From Nitrosopumilus sp. (GTDB taxonomy: Archaea; Thermoproteota; Nitrososphaeria; Nitrososphaerales; Nitrosopumilaceae): 32,000 bases of DNA. The position numbers and the translations under genes are program-made. Shown here piece after piece: positions 8,106 through 15,062 of the stretch (the stretch's first letter is position 1; each line of letters opens with the position of its first letter). The notes below the pieces were generated by a model that worked only from the letters and a program-made list of their open reading frames with translations, had not been told where the DNA came from and ran no database searches. The stretch lies in the NCBI RefSeq assembly GCF_029882185.1, contig NZ_JAOULD010000001.1, forward strand, positions 86,423-118,422, in the 5' to 3' direction.

Positions 8106-8342
8106 TTATTGCTTTTTTTGTAATTGTGTAATTTCAATTTCAACTGTCTCTAAAGGATCCTCTACTTGATTGCGTCTAATTGAAAACATCTTTGGTTTTT
8201 CAAAGTCATCTGTGCAATCCGGACATGCATAGACTAGTACTCGGTGTTCGTTTGGTGCTTTTGGATTTGATAATCTCGGATAATACACTAATCTGGCCCC
8301 ACAATCTACACAATATCTGTTGGCCCTTCTAGTTCTGACCAA
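8106..8342 (-). CDS. Small zinc-ribbon protein (78 aa)
   Basis: Two CxxC pairs (CVDCG ... CPDC). The TTG start is preceded by a GGAGGG Shine-Dalgarno-like element (complement of 8348-8353) with 5-nt spacing. Confidence 0.65.
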   Translation of the reverse strand: MVRTRRANRYCVDCGARLVYYPRLSNPKAPNEHRVLVYACPDCTDDFEKPKMFSIRRNQVEDPLETVEIEITQLQKKQ

Positions 8343-8430
8343 TGTAACCCTCCTGCATTATTCTTAATGTGCGATCATCTATTAGATCTATGTTGTCTAA
8401 TAGAATAAACCAATTGCTAACAACCGATCA

Positions 8431-8458
8431 ATATTTCTAAATTCGAATTTAGAAATAT
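8431..8458. repeat. Palindromic repeat copy 3 (identical 28-bp perfect palindrome)
   Basis: ATATTTCTAAATTCGAATTTAGAAATAT, identical to copy 1. It lies between the zinc-ribbon gene start (8342) and the 3' end of tRNA-Asn (8532). Confidence 0.9.
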
Positions 8459-8513
8459 AATTATTTTTACGCCTTGATATGTTACATCTATGCAAATAGA
8501 ATGTTTCAAAACC

Positions 8514-8527
8514 CGAGTTTAGAAATA
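8514..8527. repeat. Half-copy of the palindromic repeat (CGAGTTTAGAAATA) near the tRNA-Asn 3' end
   Basis: The same G-variant right arm as copy 2 (7807-7820). It ends 4 nt from the tRNA discriminator position. Confidence 0.7.
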
Positions 8528-8531
8528 AGGG

Positions 8532-8605
8532 CGCCTCCCACCAGACTTGAACTGGTGACCAACCGGTTAACAGCCGGTTGCTCTACCACGCTGAGCTAGG
8601 GAGGC
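8532..8605 (-). tRNA. tRNA-Asn (anticodon GUU), 74 nt, no intron, CCA not encoded
   Basis: Manual cloverleaf on the minus strand. Acceptor stem GCCTCCC/GGGAGGC. D arm GCTC-AGCGTGGTA-GAGC. Anticodon arm ACCGG-CTGTTAA-CCGGT. Variable loop TGGTC. T arm ACCAG-TTCAAGT-CTGGT. Discriminator G. Confidence 0.93.
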
Positions 8606-8630
8606 ACAAGATAAGACCTTGCCAAAAGTG

Positions 8631-8637
8631 ATTTAAT
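8631..8637 (-). promoter_or_regulatory. Candidate TATA box for tRNA-Asn
   Basis: The minus strand reads AAGATTAAATC, with ATTAAAT ending 25 nt upstream of the mature tRNA 5' end. This is the canonical archaeal TATA distance. Confidence 0.35.
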
Positions 8638-9091
8638 CTTTGCGAAACCACCTCAAACTCAAATTTACAGCAAAACACCTAATTTGAGAAAACCTGAAAT
8701 TTGTATTGATTAATTGTCATGACCCTATTTTTATAATTTATTTTAAAATGTAATTTAGATCGAATTTAGGCTAAACAACGTACTATGGTTTTTACATCCT
8801 TTTTTTCCACAATTTTTACATTTGTAATAATCTTGAATGTTGTATCCTTTCATTGGAAAAAAAGCCAGTCATGATTGTTTATCTTACACAGTTCAGATTT
8901 TCTTAGCTCTTTGATTGCTTTTATTGCATAACTTAATGAGAATCTGCCATTGTTCAAAAAAGAATTAATTGGGTTTCGGTTCTTTTTCACAAATTATTAA
9001 TTCTAACAAGAATAGTATAAACTTCAACATGAAATTTTTTTAACTTTGTGTTAATGATTAATATCGTATTTATGGATCTGATGTAAAAGCG

Positions 9092-9199
9092 ATCTAATAT
9101 GTGCATTATCATCGTTTGATTTTATGTTTAATTTCTTACTAATCTAATAATCATTTACAATTGATCGTGAGTAATTAACAACTGTCAGTAGATCTAATA
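9092..9199. repeat. ATCTAATA motif x3 at exact 50-bp phasing (degenerate 50-bp tandem repeat?)
   Basis: ATCTAATA occurs at 9092-9099, 9142-9149 and 9192-9199. The units also share a loosely conserved ATCGT/ACCGCT about 19-22 nt in. It lies in the roughly 700-bp ORF-free gap between the tRNA and the cyclase relic. Confidence 0.7.
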
Positions 9200-9317
9200 A
9201 TAACAAATGTACCGCTTTGATCTATATCTTGAAATATTTGTTTGAAATTATTTCTGAATTAACAATATCTTATTTCTTTGAGAAGGATTAAGTATCAAAC
9301 GATATCTATCTTTCCGT

Positions 9318-9891
9318 ATGGAAATACCAGACGATCTAATCCATGCCAATTTTTTCTTTGTTGATATTATTGGTTTATCTGATCCTTTTCTTTCTACTGA
9401 ATCTCAACGAAATAAGATAAGCATACTGTATGAGTATATTAAAAACTGTAGTGTTTTTCAAAAAACATCCTGTGATGAAAAACTTATTTTGCCAACAGGA
9501 GATGCGTTGCAATTGGATTCTTGCATGGGGTGGAAAACCCTCTTAAACTTGCTAGCGAACTTCAACAAAAATTAAAAAAATATAATGAAAATGTCATCTA
9601 TACTGAAAAATTTTTTTGTGAGAATCGGATGTAATATGGGGGAGGTATTTTTAATTCGTGATGTCGTAGAAAAAACTAATCTTTGGAGCCCTGGTATTTC
9701 GATACAGTATATTGGGAATTCCATGGTTGTTGTTAGCTACTGGAATTACGATCTTCACAGTTGCTGATGTGTGGTACTATTATCTTGAACTCTTTGAACT
9801 GTATGATGGGATCCATCCTGTGAATGCTCTTTGGAATTTTGCATTCATGATCATCGTTTACGCTTTATACAAACATAAAAAAATACTCTGA
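9318..9891 (+). pseudogene. Class III adenylate/guanylate cyclase-like gene, multiply frameshifted and fused to a membrane-protein fragment
   Basis: Piece A (frame 0): FFFVDIIGLSDP...LILPTGDA. Piece B (from about 9506, frame -1): VAIGFLHGVENPLKLASELQQKLKKYNENVIYTEKFF. Piece C (back in frame 0 after the T7 run at 9611-9617): VRIGCNMGEVFLIRDVVEKTNLWSPGI. Piece D (from about 9715, third frame): hydrophobic WLLLATGITIFTVADVWYYYLELF...FMIIVYALYKHKKIL, stopping at 9889-9891. Confidence 0.6.
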
Positions 9892-9942
9892 TCTATAATT
9901 TCTGCAATCTCTTTCTGTTCTTGAGTTTATTTTGGTATTGTT

Positions 9943-10230
9943 TTAGTTGAATTTCACAAAAAACTCTTTGATTTCTTTTGCATGACTCTCAACTAATTCT
10001 ATGATCTCTAAATGCTCATCGGCTGTAGGTTCTCTTTTGTGAACAATTTGAAATGCACTAAGTGCGGAACCAACCATCTCTCCAACAAAAAAACCACACA
10101 AAAAGTCCCCAATATTGCCACATTCCCATGTTTCTCCAATCCTTGGAGATGCTCCTGCTGATTTGTATAATTCTAATGTTTGTTGGATTAAATTCGTAGT
10201 TTGTTTTGAAAATTCAGGATCTAGAGTCAT
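9943..10230 (-). CDS. Hypothetical protein (95 aa)
   Basis: Clean ORF directly downstream of uL6 on the same strand. No family recognised. Confidence 0.55.
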   Translation of the reverse strand: MTLDPEFSKQTTNLIQQTLELYKSAGASPRIGETWECGNIGDFLCGFFVGEMVGSALSAFQIVHKREPTADEHLEIIELVESHAKEIKEFFVKFN

Positions 10231-10246
10231 TGACTAAATTAGAATT

Positions 10247-10804
10247 TTATTTTTCTATGCCTTTATTTTTTTCAAACGAGTAGATACCATCTAGGAAAAC
10301 TCTATGATCTTTATTCTTTACTTTAGATTTTAGTTCAATGTTTGCTGCAGTTTGAGTAATGTCTGTCCATACTTCTCCTGTGAGTATTACGTCTTCTCCT
10401 TTAGGAATTACTTTGGTGTTGCCTACAATATATGTAATTCTTGGTGCACGTTCTCCTTGAAAGTTTTCAATCATGATTTTTTTACCTTCCACTTTTACAG
10501 TAATTGGAAAGTGTGAAAATACAACTTTCATTTTAATTGTGTATCCTGTTATTAGACCTTCACAAATGTTTCTGATAATTGATCTTGCAGTATGTAAAAT
10601 TGCATAATCTTTTTTCTTTTGGTTAATTGCGGTAAGTAGAACTTTTCCATCATTTACTTCTATGTTGATTGGTATGCTTCTGAAACTCTTGTGTGTTTTT
10701 CCTAATGGTCCTACAAAGGACACCATGTGTTTGTTTACTGTAACTGTTACGCCTTCAGGAATATCTACCTGGTCTTTGAATTCTTCAATTTGTTTAGTAG
10801 ACAT
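10247..10804 (-). CDS. rpl6: Ribosomal protein uL6
   Basis: 185 aa. Position after uS8 and the two-domain L6 pattern (VTVTVNKHMVSFVGPLGK..., FPITVKVEGKKIMIENFQGER). Confidence 0.9.
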   Translation of the reverse strand: MSTKQIEEFKDQVDIPEGVTVTVNKHMVSFVGPLGKTHKSFRSIPINIEVNDGKVLLTAINQKKKDYAILHTARSIIRNICEGLITGYTIKMKVVFSHFPITVKVEGKKIMIENFQGERAPRITYIVGNTKVIPKGEDVILTGEVWTDITQTAANIELKSKVKNKDHRVFLDGIYSFEKNKGIEK

Positions 10805-11186
10805 ATCCTATCAAAAATCCTCCTATCCCTTTTTGTGATGCTTCATGATGGGACATTACTCCTTGATTTGTAGTAACAAGAAGCATTCCTCTGTCATATG
10901 CAGGCAAATATTGCTGCTCCCAATTATTATATTCATCGTTTTTAACTTTGAATCTTGGGGATATAGCACCGCATTTGTTAATTTTTGCTAATAGTTTTAT
11001 TTTGAATTTACCTCCTCTCTTATCATCAATATGTTCAAATTCTCCAATATAACCATCTTTCTGAAGTGTTTTCAGGACTTCAATTCCTAACTTTGATGTT
11101 GGAAGAATAACACAGTCAGATTTTCTTCTGGCTTCATTATTGTAAAGCGTGACAAATAGATTTGCTAATATGTTTGTTGCCGGCAT
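10794..11186 (-). CDS. rps8: Ribosomal protein uS8
   Basis: 130 aa. ANLFVTLYNNEARRK...LKTLQKDGYIGEFE...GVMSHHEA...GGFLIGYVY. Confidence 0.92.
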   Translation of the reverse strand: MPATNILANLFVTLYNNEARRKSDCVILPTSKLGIEVLKTLQKDGYIGEFEHIDDKRGGKFKIKLLAKINKCGAISPRFKVKNDEYNNWEQQYLPAYDRGMLLVTTNQGVMSHHEASQKGIGGFLIGYVY

Positions 11187-11192
11187 ATTATC

Positions 11193-11372
11193 TCACTTGT
11201 TTTTCCTGAACCCTAAAGATGTTGCGACTTCTCTGAAGCATCGTCTGCATAGCATTAAATCATATTTCTGAATAACTGCGGTATAATCCCCACATCTTTT
11301 ACACCATCTGGAACCTCTACCAAAGTCATGTTTTTTTCTACCTGTTGTTTCGTAAGATCTATCTTTTGCCAT
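11193..11372 (-). CDS. rps14: Ribosomal protein uS14 (zinc-binding type), 59 aa; absent from the supplied ORF track (below the length cutoff)
   Basis: Manual translation: MAKDRSYETTGRKKHDFGRGSRWCKRCGDYTAVIQKYDLMLCRRCFREVATSLGFRKNK. It has a CxxC...CxxC zinc knuckle. Its ATG overlaps the uL5 stop (TAATG), and it sits in the canonical slot between uL5 and uS8. Confidence 0.9.
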   Translation of the reverse strand: MAKDRSYETTGRKKHDFGRGSRWCKRCGDYTAVIQKYDLMLCRRCFREVATSLGFRKNK

Positions 11373-11893
11373 TATGTTACGGTCACTCCAAACTCTTTTG
11401 CTAGATAATCTTTTGCTTCTTGACTTTTAATAACATGAGTTTTACCTACTCTTGCTTTGTGCTTACTTCTAGTTCTAATTCCATACCCTGGCCTAGTCAA
11501 TGTAATTGAAATTCCAAGACCTAAAATTCCTATTTGTGGATCATACTTTACATCTGGTATGTCTATGTGTTCATTAATTCCAAATGAGAAATTGCCAAAA
11601 TTATCAAATGATCTTCCATTTATTGTGTTTCCTTTAGCTTCAAGCAATCTTTTCAATAATGCTACTGCATCATCTCCTCTGATTGTAACTGCTACTCCAA
11701 TCGGTTCTCCTTTCCTAACTCCCCAATCTCTGTATGCTGCTTTTGCATTTCGTGTAGAAGGTTTCTTTCCAGAAATTTGCTCTAACGCTTTTTGTGCAAT
11801 ATTAATAACATCACCTGATTTACCAAGACCCATATTCAATACAACTTTCTCTAAAGAGATTTTCTTCATTGGGGATTCTGTTACTTGAGACAT
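11372..11893 (-). CDS. rpl5: Ribosomal protein uL5
   Basis: 173 aa. KVVLNMGLGKSGD...GEPIGVAVTIRG...FGINEHIDIP. Confidence 0.92.
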   Translation of the reverse strand: MSQVTESPMKKISLEKVVLNMGLGKSGDVINIAQKALEQISGKKPSTRNAKAAYRDWGVRKGEPIGVAVTIRGDDAVALLKRLLEAKGNTINGRSFDNFGNFSFGINEHIDIPDVKYDPQIGILGLGISITLTRPGYGIRTRSKHKARVGKTHVIKSQEAKDYLAKEFGVTVT

Positions 11894-11897
11894 ATGA

Positions 11898-12614
11898 TCA
11901 CTTTAATTGAATTATTGGCTCCTCTTTTCCAATTGGCATAATGATGTCTGCAGGTATTTCGATTTTTCTATCTTCTAATGCTAAGATAACTCTTTTTGGT
12001 AGAATGAATGTTCCTTCTTCAATGGTTTCAATTTTTCCTATTCTACCTGCGTTATTTCCTTTTGTCACTAAGCCTTGACAACCTGTTTCCAATTTGATTA
12101 TTTCAAGAATTTTTTGATCTGGAATTTGTATTAGACAAGTATCGCCTATGTTTACTTTGGCATCTGATAATGTTGAACGACCATCATGAAATCCAATTTG
12201 TAATTTACCTTTGTTAATTGTTGTTTTGCTTGTAACTCTAACAAGTTTTTTAGATTTCTCTGATTCGTTTATTTTAATTGGTTTTAGTAATTTGTCTTCT
12301 GTTGGAACAAGACGATAAATATCTTTAACATCTTGTAATTCTACCACATCCATTAAACCAATTGCATGATGAAGTGATTTTCTTACCACTCCGTCAATCT
12401 TTACTCTACCAGAATAAATTGCAGATTTTGCTTCTCTCAAACTTGTGACAATATTCAATGTGTCTCTAAGAAATACTGCTGTTGGAACTGAATGATTCTT
12501 TTTATGTGGACCTGGCTTTACTGTGATTACAAATCTCTTGTCTTTTCTAGCAATTCCCCAAAACTGTGGGGCCATTTGACGTTTGAGTTTTTTACTACCT
12601 GATATGCTTACCAT
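11898..12614 (-). CDS. rps4e: Ribosomal protein eS4
   Basis: 238 aa. KLKRQMAPQFWGI...KFVITVKPGPH..., with a KOW-like segment. This is an archaeal/eukaryotic-only ribosomal protein in its canonical operon slot. Confidence 0.92.
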   Translation of the reverse strand: MVSISGSKKLKRQMAPQFWGIARKDKRFVITVKPGPHKKNHSVPTAVFLRDTLNIVTSLREAKSAIYSGRVKIDGVVRKSLHHAIGLMDVVELQDVKDIYRLVPTEDKLLKPIKINESEKSKKLVRVTSKTTINKGKLQIGFHDGRSTLSDAKVNIGDTCLIQIPDQKILEIIKLETGCQGLVTKGNNAGRIGKIETIEEGTFILPKRVILALEDRKIEIPADIIMPIGKEEPIIQLK

Positions 12615-13060
12615 TATTCTTTATCTCCTTCTTTTTTGGTCTTGTCTGTTCCTTTTGTTTCTTTAGGGGCTTCTTTGGATGACTTAGATCCTGTTTTTGC
12701 TTGTTTTTGTGGTTCTTTTCCTTCTAATTTTGAAATTCTCCATTTATCTTCACTGTTAAGTGAAGTAACCACTAGATTGGATGTGTGAATATATACATCA
12801 AATTTGTCTCCTTTAGTTTTTTCTTTCTTAACTCCTTCAATTGCCACACTGCTTTTTTCTACAGATATGTTTGAGACTTTGCCATCTACTCCTTTGAATT
12901 CCCCTCTAAGTATAGTGACACTATCACCTTCTACGACTCTAACACTTCTTTTTCCATATTTTTTATGAAGATCTTTAGAAAGTGCACTTCCAAGTTGTTT
13001 ATTTTTAGTTTGGAATGTTGCTTGGTAAATCATCTGATTACGCATTTTAGTTGGTTTCAT
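12614..13060 (-). CDS. rpl24: Ribosomal protein uL24 with Lys/Glu-rich C-terminal tail
   Basis: 148 aa. KOW motif [23 protein letters not shown]. The last 40 aa or so are K/E/T/G-rich. Confidence 0.9.
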   Translation of the reverse strand: MKPTKMRNQMIYQATFQTKNKQLGSALSKDLHKKYGKRSVRVVEGDSVTILRGEFKGVDGKVSNISVEKSSVAIEGVKKEKTKGDKFDVYIHTSNLVVTSLNSEDKWRISKLEGKEPQKQAKTGSKSSKEAPKETKGTDKTKKEGDKE

Positions 13061-13063
13061 TTT

Positions 13064-13486
13064 TTATACCACCATTGATGCCAAGTTAGCTACTCTTGGC
13101 CATTTCTCTGAAGCTTCTGCTGCTACTGGTCCTTTGATGTCTGTTCCTTTTGTTTCTCCTTCTGGAGTAATAAGTACTGCTGCATTATCTTCAAAACAAA
13201 CTCTTACACCATTTAATCTACGTACTGCATATTTTTGTCTAATTATCACTGCACCATAAACTTGCTTTCTTAGTTCTGCAGGACCTTTTTTTACTACAAC
13301 ATTACAAAAATCACCAACAGATGCTGATGCGAGTCTTGATGATCTAGTATGATGTCTTGGAACATTGATGACTTCTAAAGTTTTAGCGCCTGAATTATCT
13401 GCACATACAATATTTGCTCCAATTGGAATTGCCTTAGTTACATATGGTCTAAATTCTTCTACTCCTTTACCTGCTTGCTTTGCCAT
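13064..13486 (-). CDS. rpl14: Ribosomal protein uL14
   Basis: 140 aa. ANIVCADNSGAK...GDFCNVVVKKG...AVIIRQK...FEDNAAVLI. Confidence 0.93.
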   Translation of the reverse strand: MAKQAGKGVEEFRPYVTKAIPIGANIVCADNSGAKTLEVINVPRHHTRSSRLASASVGDFCNVVVKKGPAELRKQVYGAVIIRQKYAVRRLNGVRVCFEDNAAVLITPEGETKGTDIKGPVAAEASEKWPRVANLASMVV

Positions 13487-13809
13487 TATGCTTTAACCTC
13501 CACAACAACATAGGATACTGATTTTGAAATTGGTCTACACTCTGCAGTCAATACATGATCTCCTGTTTCAACATCAATGCACCCTGGAACATGTGCATGA
13601 ATCGTACTTGTTCCTCTTGCATATCTCTTAAATTTACTAAAGTAAAGTGGTGCATCTTTTTGTAAAGTAATGGTTTGTTTTGCTTTACTTCCAGTTACTT
13701 TACCCTCAAACAATTTGCCTCTTACTGATAAACCTCCGTGAAATGGACAGTGTTTGTCTGTACATTCTCTTGTTGGCTCTTTTACTTTAATTCCTATATT
13801 TTGAGTCAT
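13486..13809 (-). CDS. rps17: Ribosomal protein uS17
   Basis: 107 aa. CTDKHCPFHGGLSVRGKLFEGKV...RYARGTSTIHAH. Confidence 0.92.
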   Translation of the reverse strand: MTQNIGIKVKEPTRECTDKHCPFHGGLSVRGKLFEGKVTGSKAKQTITLQKDAPLYFSKFKRYARGTSTIHAHVPGCIDVETGDHVLTAECRPISKSVSYVVVEVKA

Positions 13810-14072
13810 GCTTTTCCTCCAATTCTGTCAAATGGTCTTTTTGCAATTTTTGAACCTTCAACAACAATTCCTTTTCCACCAATTGTGAATTTCCAACTGT
13901 TGGCAGATTTTGCTATTGACTTTACACCCTTTTCTGTATTTATTGCAAACATTGATTTTGTTTCATTAATGATTCTTCCATTTAATCCTACTACTTGAGG
14001 GTTAGTTGATTTTGTTATTTCTATATCTAATCCAATAAATTCATGTGAAACTATGTTATCTGCAGTAATCAT
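13806..14072 (-). CDS. rnp1: RNase P protein component 1 (Rpp29/Pop4 homolog)
   Basis: 88 aa. HEFIGLDIEITKSTNPQVVGLNGRIINETKSMF...; Sm-like Rpp29 pattern. Its position between uL29 and uS17 is the conserved archaeal one. Confidence 0.85.
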   Translation of the reverse strand: MITADNIVSHEFIGLDIEITKSTNPQVVGLNGRIINETKSMFAINTEKGVKSIAKSANSWKFTIGGKGIVVEGSKIAKRPFDRIGGKA

Positions 14073-14275
14073 TTCTCTCTCCTCATCTCGTTTAATCTTG
14101 TTAGCATTCTTGCAATATCATGACGTAGTGGTTTTAGTTTGCCACTTTCTTTTCTTAATGTTCCTTTAGATGCATCAATTCTTAATTTGGCAAGTTCGGT
14201 ACGTGTTTCTTGAACTTTGCTTTTAAGATCTTTTTCATTTAATTGCTTAATTGTTTTCATGCTTAGTCTGGTCAT
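14069..14275 (-). CDS. rpl29: Ribosomal protein uL29
   Basis: 68 aa. [24 protein letters not shown]...[15 protein letters not shown]. Confidence 0.9.
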   Translation of the reverse strand: MTRLSMKTIKQLNEKDLKSKVQETRTELAKLRIDASKGTLRKESGKLKPLRHDIARMLTRLNEMRREK

Positions 14276-15060
14276 TTCATTTTAGCCTCCTCTTCTTCCA
14301 TCGTCTCAAGTTCTTCCATTTTCTTTGCTTCTAGTGCAATTCTTTCGGATTCTGATCTTGCTTTATCTAATTTACCTTTAGCTTTAACAACTTCAACTTT
14401 AGCTCCTTCCACATCAATTTCTTCAATTTTTATTTTATCTGCTTTTGCTTGTCTTTCTTTTCTTGATTTTTCTGTTCTCATCTCAAATTCTGGAATGAGT
14501 CTTTCTTTTCTTGCGATTCTAATTCTAATTCCAATTAATCCCATTGCTGTTTGTACATGTGCAATATCTTCATCCACTACAATTTCTGCGTGATGTCCTG
14601 CTCTTGGTAAAATTCCTTGAGTGTGTTTTTCAAATGCTGAACGGTCACCTCTAAGTTTACCAGAAATTGTAATTTGAACTCCCATCGCTCCTCCTTCCAT
14701 AATTTGCTTTAATGTCCACATGGTTGCTCTTCTAAATGCAGTTCCTCTTTCTAGATGTGATGCCATTCTGTTGCACATTACACTTGGTGCAAGTTCTGGT
14801 TTTTCAATCTCAACTACTGAAATTTGGGGATTCTTTAATCCAAAGTCTGTAGCAAGTTTATCCGTTAATGATCTAATTCCGGAACCTTTTCTACCGATGA
14901 CAATTCCTGGTCTTGTTACATGTAATGCAACTCTTGTTCCTACGGGTGTTTTTGATATTTCTGCATGTGAGAAACCTGCGTCTTTAATTGCCTCTCTAAG
15001 ATAATCTTTGAGTAGCATCATGTTATAGTTGTCTTTGATTACATTTTTTACTGCAGACAT
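14272..15060 (-). CDS. rps3: Ribosomal protein uS3 with long Lys/Glu-rich C-terminal extension
   Basis: 262 aa. KH domain ([19 protein letters not shown]) and the S3 C-domain ([15 protein letters not shown]). The last 65 aa or so are K/E-rich coiled-coil-like sequence. Confidence 0.92.
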   Translation of the reverse strand: MSAVKNVIKDNYNMMLLKDYLREAIKDAGFSHAEISKTPVGTRVALHVTRPGIVIGRKGSGIRSLTDKLATDFGLKNPQISVVEIEKPELAPSVMCNRMASHLERGTAFRRATMWTLKQIMEGGAMGVQITISGKLRGDRSAFEKHTQGILPRAGHHAEIVVDEDIAHVQTAMGLIGIRIRIARKERLIPEFEMRTEKSRKERQAKADKIKIEEIDVEGAKVEVVKAKGKLDKARSESERIALEAKKMEELETMEEEEAKMK

Positions 15061-15062
15061 TT

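Noticed and set aside
6241-9241. Replication-origin idea: G-strings resembling ORB element tails at 6241-6425, and iteron-like phased repeats at 9092-9199.
   Set aside because: There is no orc1/cdc6 gene nearby and no recognisable ORB dyad. The resemblance rests only on short G-runs and AT-richness, so I keep it as something marker-frequency data could test rather than a claim.
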